A DNA stretch of 63,448 nucleotides, filler included, from Phoronis australis (lineage: Eukaryota; Animalia; Phoronida): the NCBI GenBank assembly GCA_002633005.1. It is 5 parts of 5 records of this genome, joined end to end, with 100 filler letters (N's around TTAATTAATTAA, not from the genome) between each part and the next. Parts side by side here need not be neighbours in the genome. Positions count along the whole stretch, not along the records: positions 1 to 18,386 come from NMRA01001466.1; 4 more parts are not named here. The stretch is one strand, 5' to 3'. The notes below the pieces were generated by a model. That model had not been told where the DNA came from. It did not search any database and saw nothing but the letters and a program-made list of their open reading frames with translations. The position numbers were made by a program, and so were the translations under genes. This document shows positions 1-12,200 of this stretch, piece by piece (the stretch's first letter is position 1; each line of letters opens with the position of its first letter).

Positions 1-3000
1 CCTGCAGAGGGTTTAGGAGATACAGCCATGGGCGCAAAACAAGACAAAAATGCCACTAGGATTCGCCACAGTAGTCAAAGTCGTCGGAAAATCATCGTCA
101 CCATCCTCTTCATAGTAAGAACACGCGTGCATTTTCACAATCACCCAAAGAGTGGTTTCGTAAGGTAAAGAAATTGCCACTAGGGGACACACTGGAAGCC
201 GAATCCGTACGAAAGTTCGCTAATGCCGCCCATCCATAAAAGAAACACGTGCAAAATTTCATGAACATTACGTCAAAAGAGTTATGGAGATAGAGCAGCT
301 AAAGCCAGACAGACGTCGGACGGATGGGGATGACGGGATAATGCGTCCAGATATAAATATGTGGGCACATAAAAATGGGGGTATACTCTCTGCTGGTTTG
401 GCTTCATCTGGGTGACCAGGTTTCGTAGTCTTACTTGCAGTACAGCTAGTGACATCTTCAGTATTGTAGATCAAAAAAAGAACATTCCCACTCACTCTCA
501 GCTGGTTTGAACTGAACCAGACTCGTCACGGCTGATGCAGTGTCCTCCTTCACAATGGTGGTTGAGTCAGGTTTGGTAGAGAATGTGAACCCATGAAAGG
601 ATGTGGTTTTCCCACATATTGATGTACCTACGAAAGGTGACAAAATACAAATGTACCTAATGGAGGGTGACAAAATAGTGACAGGCTTACAGAAGGCAAC
701 AAAATATAGACATACCTATGAAAGGTGACAAAAATAGGAGTACATAATGTCAACAAAATATTGATGTATCCACACAGAGCAGCAAAATATATATGTACCT
801 TCTGAGGGTGACAAAATAACAGAACAAACTGAAAGGCCGAAACAGTCTATGTCTCAAAAATCCCACTAGCCAGAGATGTTATCACACAGAAACATTTTTG
901 TTACAATTCTATATTTGTTCCTGAGTTACTGACAAGCATTTTGAAGGTATGCTTCCTTTGATACCCACAATGAAATCTGCCTCTGAATAGGCAAAAGAAA
1001 ATAGCATAATTACTTAACTTAATGCGTTTTTTTTTTAAATCAATCATTTAGTATCGTGAAGTGCAAAAATAAATTTAACACCTGTTTTGGGATTGTCACT
1101 ACAAGTTTTGACTGCAAATAAGCATTTCAAGCAAAAATATACAACAATAGAGCACAGAGTGTAAAAACACAAAACTGTCAGCCAAATAGCATAAAAATTA
1201 AAGTAAGGATACACTCTCCGCTGGTTAATGGTTTCATGTCCATGACCTGGTTTCGCATTCTGACAAGCAGCACAGGTAGTGGCATTTTCAGAGTTGTAGA
1301 TCAAACACACAAAACATTCCCACTCACCCTCAGCTGGTTTGAACTGATTCAAACTGGTTTCAGCTGATGCAGTGTCCTCCTTTGCAATGGTGGTTGAGTC
1401 AGGTTTTGGACAGAACATGAATCCAGAACAGGATGCAGTTGCCCCAAATTTAGGTGTACCTACGGAGGGTGACAAAATACAGATATACCTATACCTATGG
1501 AGGGTGACGAAATATAGATTAACTACAGAAGATGATAAAATAACAGAACAGACTAAGTGGCTATAATAGACTGTCCATTTGTCAAAATCTCACTGGCCAG
1601 AGATGTTATCACACAGAAAAAGTCATCTGATGCAAGCAGAGCTGGGATCCTTTTTTCTTCCCAATTATAAGCTGATGACAGTTGAAATGGTTATGACCCT
1701 TGAGTTCACATCTTGTGCAGACCAGGACCAATTCACTATTTTTTTACCATAACAGTCAGAAGTCTTATACCTGTGCTAGAGTTGTTCTGTACAGTCAGCC
1801 CAGAACCAAACACAGAACCTGCAGACATGAAAAAGAGAATCAAACAATTTCACACTATGTGGTTTTAACATCAATCAAAAAGTGAAAAAACATTGGTTTA
1901 CCTTTTGAGTGAAAGTATTGTACATTGGACAGGATAACACCTCCGCAAATAGAATTGAAAGCAACTTATTGCACACATGCTATGAACATTCCCACTAAAT
2001 AAAATTGGTTCTAACCCCAGTGGTTAAGGTAAACGGTGGGGTATGGAAAATTGAACTAGACCGTATTTATCCACCTTGGCTGAGTCGCGCTCGGCTCACG
2101 ATCAAAGGGATGCCGCCAAGCTGCTCTAGTCATCGAGTCACGAGCGAGGATAATTGGCTTCGCTTATGCGGATATGATCAGCTGATTACAATCTAGCTAG
2201 CAGACTGTACTTTTTATGGAGAGAGTTTTACGTAGTTTTTACTGTAATATTTGAAAAGAGGAGCGAAAACAAATATGAGTACAACTTTGAATTTTTCAAA
2301 TCGGCCCAGGATAAGAGATTTTGCAACACAGCAACACTCACGATTACTTTCANTTTTGACTGCAAATAAGCATTTCAAGCAAAAATATACAACAATAGAG
2401 CACAGAGTGTAAAAACACAAAACTGTCAGCCAAATAGCATAAAAATTAAAGTAAGGATACACTCTCCGCTGGTTAATGGTTTCATGTCCATGACCTGGTT
2501 TCGCATTCTGACAAGCAGCACAGGTAGTGGCATTTTCAGAGTTGTAGATCAAACACACAAAACATTCCCACTCACCCTCAGCTGGTTTGAACTGATTCAA
2601 ACTGGTTTCAGCTGATGCAGTGTCCTCCTTTGCAATGGTGGTTGAGTCAGGTTTTGGACAGAACATGAATCCAGAACAGGATGCAGTTGCCCCAAATTTA
2701 GGTGTACCTACGGAGGGTGACAAAATACAGATATACCTATACCTATGGAGGGTGACGAAATATAGATTAACTACAGAAGATGATAAAATAACAGAACAGA
2801 CTAAGTGGCTATAATAGACTGTCCATTTGTCAAAATCTCACTGGCCAGAGATGTTATCACACAGAAAAAGTCATCTGATGCAAGCAGAGCTGGGATCCTT
2901 TTTTCTTCCCAATTATAAGCTGATGACAGTTGAAATGGTTATGACCCTTGAGTTCACATCTTGTGCAGACCAGGACCAATTCACTATTTTTTTACCATAA

Positions 3001-3223
3001 CAGTCAGAAGTCTTATACCTGTGCTAGAGTTGTTCTGTACAGTCAGCCCAGAACCAAACACAGAACCTGCAGACATGAAAAAGAGAATCAAACAATTTCA
3101 CACTATGTGGTTTTAACATCAATCAAAAAGTGAAAAAACATTGGTTTACCTTTTGAGTGAAAGTATTGTACATTGGACAGGATAACACCTCCGCAAATAG
3201 AATTGAAAGCAACTTATTGCACA

Positions 3224-4733
3224 CATGCTATGAACATTCCCACTAAATAAAATTGGTTCTAACCCCAGTGGTTAAGGTAAACGGTGGGGTATGGAAAATT
3301 GAACTAGACCGTATTTATCCACCTTGGCTGAGTCGCGCTCGGCTCACGATCAAAGGGATGCCGCCAAGCTGCTCTAGTCATCGAGTCACGAGCGAGGATA
3401 ATTGGCTTCGCTTATGCGGATATGATCAGCTGATTACAATCTAGCTAGCAGACTGTACTTTTTATGGAGAGAGTTTTACGTAGTTTTTACTGTAATATTT
3501 GAAAAGAGGAGCGAAAACAAATATGAGTACAACTTTGAATTTTTCAAATCGGCCCAGGATAAGAGATTTTGCAACACAGCAACACTCACGATTACTTTCA
3601 NNNNNNNNNNNNNNNNNNNNNNNNNNNNNNNNNNNNNNNNNNNNNNNNNNNNNNNNNNNNNNNNNNNNNNNNNNNNNNNNNNNNNNNNNNNNNNNNNNNN
3701 NNNNNNNNNNNNNNNNNNNNNNNNNNNNNNNNNNNNNNNNNNNNNNNNNNNNNNNNNNNNNNNNNNNNNNNNNNNNNNNNNNNNNNNNNNNNNNNNNNNN
3801 NNNNNNNNNNNNNNNNNNNNNNNNNNNNNNNNNNNNNNNNNNNNNNNNNNNNNNNNNNNNNNNNNNNNNNNNNNNNNNNNNNNNNNNNNNNNNNNNNNNN
3901 NNNNNNNNNNNNNNNNNNNNNNNNNNNNNNNNNNNNNNNNNNNNNNNNNNNNNNNNNNNNNNNNNNNNNNNNNNNNNNNNNNNNNNNNNNNNNNNNNNNN
4001 NNNNNNNNNNNNNNNNNNNNNNNNNNNNNNNNNNGTGTGTTCATCCAGAGATTTTTCTCGTGTTGTGAAGTACGATGTAGCGCACATTTGGACTTAATCG
4101 CAATTAATCTGGACTCCACATAAACTTTAAAAATTGTAAAACATCAGGAAGATTTCAGGTAATTTGTTGTGTCGAAACTATATTTTTATTCAAGAGTTCA
4201 AGTTTTCCTATTGACGATCGCGATTCAGCGACGCATCAGTCGGCAAGTTTTCGCCCTGTGATGAGCACAATTTTTTGAAAAATTATCGTAATTTAACAAG
4301 GGAAGTTGATAGCAATGCACCACAATTTTGTAGAAAGGCTGTCATAGGCTACAGAACGTAAATTTGATGAATCCTAGCTTCCGATTTTACCCGTTTGGGA
4401 AACCGGGATTCAAATGCCGTAGGCTCACTACAATAAGCGTCCCCTCCCCGTGAAATGAAATTTTCTAAGCGTTTGTTTGAGCCAATACAGTATACAGCTT
4501 TCCACCAAGGATAGGTGATGCAAGACATCATTCTTTGTTGCATTATAGTAACTGGTCTTGGCTAATTATCATTTTATGGCCTGGTCATCGATTCAGCCAA
4601 AAGTAGTTCCAGAGGTGGCTTATCAGCCAATTATTCACGCATGCTGACTCACAATAGAAGCCTGATAAGAGTGAAGGTGGATAAATGCGGTGTTCCTACA
4701 TTTTCTTGTTTTAGTGGATGTGTTCACGACATG
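3224..4733. mobile_element. Element B, opposite orientation, TSD CA (spans an N gap); partial duplicate at 1976-2352
   Basis: Reverse complement of 14373-15863; empty site ttgcaCAtttgtgacc at about 9491. Confidence 0.85.
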
Positions 4734-4738
4734 CATTT

Positions 4739-6192
4739 GTGACCCAGCACCACAAAATGAGTCTTAAGTCGGTATTTCTCATTTTTGCAATATTGTTATT
4801 TTTTTCTGAAAATACAGTATTTTCTGATCATTTTGAGATACGAAACATGTCCTTATCTTAACAAATGACCGACTTATTGCCAATTCTAGTCGGGGAAAGC
4901 GAAAATTTAGAGCTTACAAAAGTCAAGGAAAATGGCCGAGAAAAAGTGCCGATAGTGTTTTTAAAATTTACATAGCAACTCGCAATTGAATGCTACATTC
5001 TAGACTTATTAGTACACACAACCATATAAACAAATAAAAGTAATCAAAAATTAGAAAAAATATAATAGACCTTATCATGTAATTTCAGCCAAAAACGAGT
5101 GATATTCATGTTGGGTTGCTGCAACTGGGTCAATAAATTTCCCAGCTAATGTATACAGGATCAGTCGACTAGTGGCAGGAGGGGTTACCGCAAGTAAAGC
5201 AGGTAGTTAAAGTGTATTTTGGAGAAGTTTAATAAAACGAAGTCCTGCAGATTACAAAATATCCCTATCCAAGTCAACTGACACTGACTGCAGAGCAACG
5301 ATTTCTTCGACTTCTCACCGAGTGATTCAGCCTATCGAAGATTTTCTCTGTTGAAGCAATACTCAGCTGCTTGCACCCCAATCCACTGGCTTTGCAGGTA
5401 CAAGACATTGTTCTGCGATTAAGCTAATCCGGACTGTTTTCTTCAAGTTCTGCTTGTTCCAGTCCAACGTAACCGTATTCACGATGGGTCAATCATGAAA
5501 CTCAACTGGCGACTAGTTGCTGCTGTCAGATGACTCGTCGCTGTCACGAAATTTCTCCTTGTCCCCATCCACAAATGTGCTCTTCGATGAGTTCAGTTCA
5601 TTCTCGCTGATCTTGATTCGGCAGTCGGCAACAAGAGTTAATCACTGAGATATCAGCTACACGGCGATCAGCCATCTTATTGTCTTGTAAATATGCCGTG
5701 ACCTCACGACCACACTGTTTCACGCCCACTTAACCAGTTCTAACGAATGAGGTCAGCGATGTATTAGGTTAAAAGGTCGTTGCTAGCAAAAAGACTGGTG
5801 AGTGGCACTTCTGTTGAATTTATCCCAATGCAAACAAGTGAAATTACAACTAATGATTGGACGAAAAACTCAAACAGCTTACTACATGCATAATGAGCAG
5901 AGATTGATCTTTCTGTTGATGTGTTTATGAGCGAATTGGGTCATCGATTGACTGAGCAGTGGGGTAACGAAAACCGGAAAATTTTGATGAAAATTTCACA
6001 AGCTATGAAGATGATGTTTTTCAAAATGAAATAAGGTTTAAAATGAAGTTTGCTTGTTTTAAAGCAATGTTTTGTGAAGTAAAATGAATAATCATAATCT
6101 GGCATGAAAAATTTTTACGTAATTTTCACCGAAAGCAGTCTGGTCAACAAATAGAGTTTCCGACTTAAGACTCATTTTGTCGTGCTAGGTCA
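4739..6192. mobile_element. Element A, copy carried by the segmental duplication
   Basis: Same TIRs, internal sequence and flanks as 9501-10950. Confidence 0.8.
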
Positions 6193-7240
6193 TATGTTTT
6201 CATGTTTGTCTTAAAATTCTACACTATAGCTGGCTGGTGTTAATATACGTAAAACCGGAGTAAATATATATCAGGACATTGACATTGGTTAACAGTTAAC
6301 ATCTGGCCACCATATTTATTCATCTAACTTACCTGTAGCCGATGTTGGCGCAAAACCAAACGTGAATGATGCTGATGATGGAGTGCCAAATGAAAAGCCC
6401 GAAAATGAAAGCATGAATCCTTCAGACACAACACCACAACTCTATCACCTTGTATTAGTATAATCAGTAGACAAGAGATCAAAGTGTCTGTTAGAGGACT
6501 TAAACTGGAACTAGCAGATGGCTTCCAAACAGACACAAGATCGACGAAATAATAATGTATCACCAACAGTAACAACTCACCTGTTGCTGAGGTGGTGGAG
6601 GCTCTCTGCTTGCTTGACTTGTCATAAGACACCTGTGCATGTGGTTTAAAGGAGAACCCTCCGACGGAGGAAGAGCCAAATGTGAAACCACCACCGGGAT
6701 TCATGGAAAAGGCTCCTGTGAACAGTCAAAGTATTAAAGTTTTCTCACAAATCAGCTAAAATCTCATTTGATCATTGCTGAACAAAGTATGCCTAGTAAA
6801 GTGACAACTAGGAATTTGATTTTTGACTTCATACCAATTTTATGCATTTTCATTTGTTCATCAAAATCATGAAGTCCTATTTTATCGTAGCCCCCTTGCA
6901 AAAGTAGAAATTTTTAAAAACAATTCCTAAAAGAGTTTTGTTGAACTGGGCATAATGGTATATGAAAGTTTCATATGAATCTAATCAGCAATTTCAGATA
7001 TGATGTGAAGTTTGCCAAATTTGGCTATATTTTGAGAATCCTAGAAAACCATCAGGCTAAAGATTTGAGATTAAAGTTTAAACTTCAAGTTCCAACCAAG
7101 TTTGTACCTCAATTGTACCTGTCATCAAGCAGAACATGGATTACAAGCTCAAGCACTTATTTCGAAACCTTGACTTACTACAAATAATTTAAAAGTAAAC
7201 CTGTTTGCAACTGCTAATAAGCGATTCCAACTCTTCCCAC

Positions 7241-7733
7241 CCAAACGTAAAAAATAAAATTGCCACTAGGGGGGAGGGGGGGCACCGGTAATCAGATCCT
7301 TCTGGAAGTTGTCATCGTCAACTTCACATAAATACACTTGCTAAGTTTAGCATAGATCCTGCAGAGGGTTTAGGAGATACAGCCATGGGCGCAAAACAAG
7401 ACAAAAATGCCACTAGGATTCGCCACAGTAGTCAAAGTCGTCGGAAAATCATCGTCACCATCCTCTTCATAGTAAGAACACGCGTGTATTTTCACAATCA
7501 CCCAAAGAGTGGTTTCGTAAGGTAAAGAAATTGCCACTAGGGGACACACTGGAAGCCGAATCCGTACGAAAGTTCGCTAATGCCGCCCATCCATAAAAGA
7601 AACACGTGCAAAATTTCATGAACATTACGTCAAAAGAGTTATGGAGATAGAGCAGCTAAAGCCAGACAGACGTCGGACGGATGGGGATGACGGGATAATG
7701 CGTCCAGATATAAATATGTGGGCACATAAAAAT
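7241..7733 (+). mobile_element. Probable Helentron/DINE-like (HINE) non-autonomous repeat; copy at 1-376, fragment at about 53485-53570
   Basis: Internally repeated tgccactagg blocks, a gacagacg/ggacgg microsatellite-like tract and an A-rich end; ggtttaggagatacagcc...cactagg recurs in a PPIB intron. Family assignment rests on architecture only. Confidence 0.35.
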
Positions 7734-7743
7734 GGGGGTATAC

Positions 7744-7984
7744 TCTCTGCTGGTTTGGCTTCATCTGGGTGACCAGGTTTCGTAGTCTTACTTGCAGTAC
7801 AGCTAGTGACATCTTCAGTATTGTAGATCAAAAAAAGAACATTCCCACTCACTCTCAGCTGGTTTGAACTGATCCAGACTCGTCACGGCTGATGCAGTGT
7901 CCTCCTTCACAATGGTGGTTGAGTCAGGTTTGGTAGAGAATGTGAACCCATGAAAGGATGTGGTTTTCCCACATATTGATGTAC
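7744..7984 (-). pseudogene. Degenerate RanBP2 zinc-finger exon (ZnF-d); copy at 387-627
   Basis: QFKPAESEWECSF followed by a -2 frameshift into LIYNTEDVTSCTASKTTKPG; 2nd and 4th Cys lost. Confidence 0.7.
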
Positions 7985-8571
7985 CTACGAAAGGTGACAA
8001 AATACAAATGTACCTAATGGAGGGTGACAAAATAGTGACAGGCTTACAGAAGGCAACAAAATATAGACATACCTATGAAAGGTGACAAAAATAGGAGTAC
8101 ATAATGTCAACAAAATATTGATGTATCTACACAGAGCAGCAAAATATATATGTACCTTCTGAGGGTGACAAAATAACAGAACAAACTGAAAGGCCGAAAC
8201 AGTCTATGTCTCAAAAATCCCACTAGCCAGAGATGTTATCACACAGAAACATTTTTGTTACAATTCTATATTTGTTCCTGAGTTACTGACAAGCATTTTG
8301 AAGGTATGCTTCCTTTGATACCCACAATGAAATCTGCCTCTGAATAGGCAAAAGAAAATAGCATAATTACTTAACTTAATGCGTTTTTTTTTTAAATCAA
8401 TCATTTAGTATCGTGAAGTGCAAAAATAAATTTAACACCTGTTTTGGGATTGTCACTACAAGTTTTGACTGCAAATAAGCATTTCAAGCAAAAATATACA
8501 ACAATAGAGCACAGAGTGTAAAAACACAAAACTGTCAGCCAAATAGCATAAAAATTAAAGTAAGGATACAC

Positions 8572-8816
8572 TCTCCGCTGGTTAATGGTTTCATGTCCAT
8601 GACCTGGTTTCGCATTCTGACAAGCAGCACAGGTAGTGGCATTTTCAGAGTTGTAGATCAAACACACAAAACATTCCCACTCACCCTCAGCTGGTTTGAA
8701 CTGATTCAAACTGGTTTCAGCTGATGCAGTGTCCTCCTTTGCAATGGTGGTTGAGTCAGGTTTTGGACAGAACATGAATCCAGAACAGGATGCAGTTGCC
8801 CCAAATTTAGGTGTAC
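8572..8816 (-). pseudogene. RanBP2 zinc-finger exon (ZnF-c) with a +2 frameshift near its 3' end; copies at 1215-1459 and 2463-2707
   Basis: QFKPAEGEWECFVCLIYNSENATTCAACQNAKPG finger is intact. The exon is 245 nt versus an inferred 243; alignment to sister exon ZnF-d shows 2 extra nt (accATTAAcca vs gccAAAcca). Confidence 0.65.
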
Positions 8817-9075
8817 CTACAGAGGGTGACAAAATACAGATATACCTATACCTATGGAGGGTGACGAAATATAGATTAACTTAAGAGCAACAGAATATAA
8901 ACGTACCTACAAAGAATAACAAATTGTAGATGTACCTAAGGAGGGCGACAAAATATAGATCTACCTCCGGAGAGCAACAAAATAGATAAAACAACGGAGG
9001 GTGACAAAAAAGATGTACCTATGGTGAGTTACAAAATAAATTTGTACCTACAGAAGATGATAAAATAACAGAACA
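8810..9075 (-). repeat. ~29-bp degenerate minisatellite of about 9 units, each resembling a 3' splice site; paralogous arrays at 7978-8180, 621-825 and a shortened one at 1453-1550
   Basis: Plus-strand consensus GATGTACCTACRGAGGGTGACAAAATA equals minus-strand TATTTTGTCACCCTCYGTAG|GTACATC. Confidence 0.8.
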
Positions 9076-9293
9076 GACTACGTGGCTATAATAGACTGTC
9101 CATTTGTCAAAATCTCACTGGCCAGAGATGTTATCACACAGAAAAAGTCATCTGATGCAAGCAGAGCTGGGATCCTTTTTTCTTCCCAATTATAAGCTGA
9201 TGACAGTTGAAATGGTTATGACCCTTGAGTTCACATCTTGTGCAGACCAGGACCAATTCACTATTTTTTTACCATAGCAGTCAGAAGTCTTAC

Positions 9294-12200
9294 CTGTGCT
9301 AGAGTTATTCTGTGCAGTCAGCCCAGAACCAAACACAGAACCTGCAGACATGAAAAAGAGAATCAAACAATTTCACACTATGTGGTTTTAACATCAATCA
9401 AAAAGTGAAAAACATTGGGTTACCTTTTGAGTGAATGTATTGTACATTGGACAGGATAACACCTCCGCAAATAGAGTTGAAAGCAACTTATTGCACATTT
9501 GTGACCCAGCACCACAAAATGAGTCTTAAGTCGGTATTTCTAATTTTGGAATTGTTATTTTTTCTGAAAATACAGTGTTTTCTGATCATTTTGATATATG
9601 AAACATGTCCTTATCTTAACAAATGACCGACTTATTGCCAATTCTAGTGGGGGAAAGCGAAAATTTAGAGCTTACAAAAGTCAAGGAAAATGGCCGAGAA
9701 AAAGTGCCGATAGTGTTTTTAAAATTTACATAGCAACTCGCAATTGAATGCTACATTCTAGACTTATCAGTACACACAACCATATAAACAAATAAAAGTA
9801 ATCAAAAATTAGAAAAAATATAATAGACCTTATCATGTAATTTCAGCCAAAAACGTGTGATATTCATTTTGGGTTGCTGCAACTGGGTCAATAAATTTCC
9901 CAGCTAATGTATACAGGATCAGTCCACTAGTGGCAGGAGGGGTTACCGCAAGTAAAGCAGGTAGTTAAAGTGTATTTTGGAGAAGTTTAATAAAACGAAG
10001 TCCTGCAGATTACAAAATATCTCTATCCAAGTCAACTGACACTGACTGCAGAGCAACGATTTCCTCGACTTCTCACCGAGTGATTCAGCCTATCGAAGAT
10101 TTTCTCTCTTGAAGCAATACTCAGCTGCTTGCACCCCGATCCACTGGCTTTGCAAGTACAAGACATTGTTCTGCGATTAAGCTAATCCGGACTGTTTTCT
10201 TCACGTTCTGCTTGTTCCAGTCCAACGTAACCATATTCACGATGGGTCAATCATGAAACTCAACTGGCGACGAGTTGCTGCCGTCAGATGAGTCGTCGCT
10301 GTCACGAAATTCCTCCTTGTCCCCATCCACAAATGTGCTCTTCGATGAGTTCAGTTCATTCTCGCTGATCTTGATTCGGCAATCAGCAACAAGAGTTAAT
10401 CACTGAGATATCAGCTACACGGCGATCAGCCATCTTATTGTCTTGTAAATATGCCGTGACCTCGCGACCACACTGTTTCACGCCCACTTAACTAGTTCTA
10501 ACGAATGAGGTCAGCGATGTATTAGGTTAAAAGGTTGTTGCTAGCAAAAAGACTGGTGAGTGGCACTTCTGTTGAATTTATCCCAATGCAAACAAGTGAA
10601 ATTACAACTAATGATTGGACGAAAAACTCAAACAGCTTACTACATGCATAATGAGCAGAGATTGACCTTTCTGTTGATGTGTTTACGAGCGAATTGGGTC
10701 ATCGGTTGACTGAGCAATGGGGTCACGAACACCGGGAAATTTTGATGAAAATTTCACAAGCTATGAAGATGATGTTTTTCAAAATGAAATAAGGTTTAAA
10801 TGAAGTTTGCTTGTTTTAAAGCAATGTTTTGTGAAGAAAAATCAATAATCATAATCTGCCATGAAAAATTTTGACCTAATATTCACCGAAAGCAGTCTGG
10901 TCAACAAATAGAGTTTCCGACTTAAGACTCATTTTGTCGTGCTAGGTCACATTTATGTTATCATGTTTGTCTTAAAATTGTACACTACAGCTGGCTGGTG
11001 TTAATATACGTTATACCGGAGTAAATATATATCAGGACATTGACATTGGTTAACAGTTAACATCTGGCCACCATATTTATTCATCTAACTTACCTGTAGC
11101 CGATGTTGGCGCAAAACCAAACGTAAACGCCGCTGATGATGGAGTGCCAAATGAAAAGCCTGAAAATGAAAGCATGAATCCTTCAGACACAACATCACAA
11201 CTCTATCACCTTGTATTAGTATAATCAGTAGACAAGAGATCAAAGTGTCTGTTAGAGGACTTAAACTGGAACTAGCAGATGGCTTCCAAAGTGACACAAG
11301 ATCGACGAAAGAATAATGTATCACCAACAGTAACAACTCACCTGTTGCTGAGCTGGTGGAGGCTGCCTGCTCCCTTGACTTGTCATCAGACACCTGTGCA
11401 GGTGGTTTCAAGGAGAACCCCCCGACGGAGGAAGAACCAAATGTGAAACCACCAACGGGATTCATGGAAAAGGCTCCTGTAAATAGTCAAAGTATTAAAG
11501 TTTTCTCACAAATCAGCTAAAAACTCCTTTTGATCACTGCTGAACAAAGTATGCCTAGTTAAGTGACAACTAAGCATTTGATTTTTGACTTCATACCAAT
11601 TTTATGCATTTTCATTTTTTCATCAAAATCATAAAGTCCTATTTTATGGTAGCCCTCGTGCAAAAGTGGAAATTTTTAAAAACAATTCCTAAAAGAGTTT
11701 TGTTGAACAGTGCATAAAGAATGGTATATGAAAGTTTCATATGAATCTAATCAGCAATTTCAGATATGATGTTGTGAAGTTTGCCAAATTTGGCTATATT
11801 TTGAGAATCCTAGAAAACCATCAGGCTAAAAATTTGAGATTAAAGTTTAAACTTCAAGTTCCAACCAAAGTTTGTACCTCAATTGTAGCTGTCATCAAGT
11901 ACAACATGGATTACAAGCTCAAGCACTTATTTCGAAACCTTGACTTACCACCAATAATTTAAAAGTAAACCTGTTTGCAACTCCTAATAAGCGATGCCAA
12001 CTCTTCCCACTTTAGTCCCTTAATTTACCTGCTCCTGTAGTGGGTGTAGTCTTTGAGTCAGCTGGTGTAGAGCCTGGCTTCACAGTCTCACATGCTGGAC
12101 AGCGTGTCACTTCCTCTCTATTGACAATATAGCATCCATTACAGGTCCAGCTATTGGCTGGAGGCTTGAACTTTGCCATGAAGTTATCCACTGGCTTACT

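Larger units (their letters stand above)
1..7240. repeat. Tandem segmental duplicate of about 7358-12010 (ZnF-d, ZnF-c, FG exons, element A), plus an extra element B insertion
   Basis: 1-1520 matches 7358-8880 at offset 7357; 4735-7240 matches 9497-12010; homology ends after ctcttcccac (7240 vs 12010). Confidence 0.9.

Noticed and set aside
1106-3600. Apparent perfect 1248-bp tandem duplication (1106-2352 = 2354-3600)
   Set aside because: The copies look identical, are separated by a single N and end at the same base beside a gap. This is typical of unmerged contig overlap rather than biology.
3476-4123. Long ORFs across N runs (also 31018-32265)
   Set aside because: They are artefacts of translating Ns; only the LINE-derived flank is real.
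7744-8816. +2 in ZnF-c and -2 in ZnF-d as compensating frameshifts
   Set aside because: The shifted frame hits TGA after 25 codons of ZnF-d, before the -2 site.
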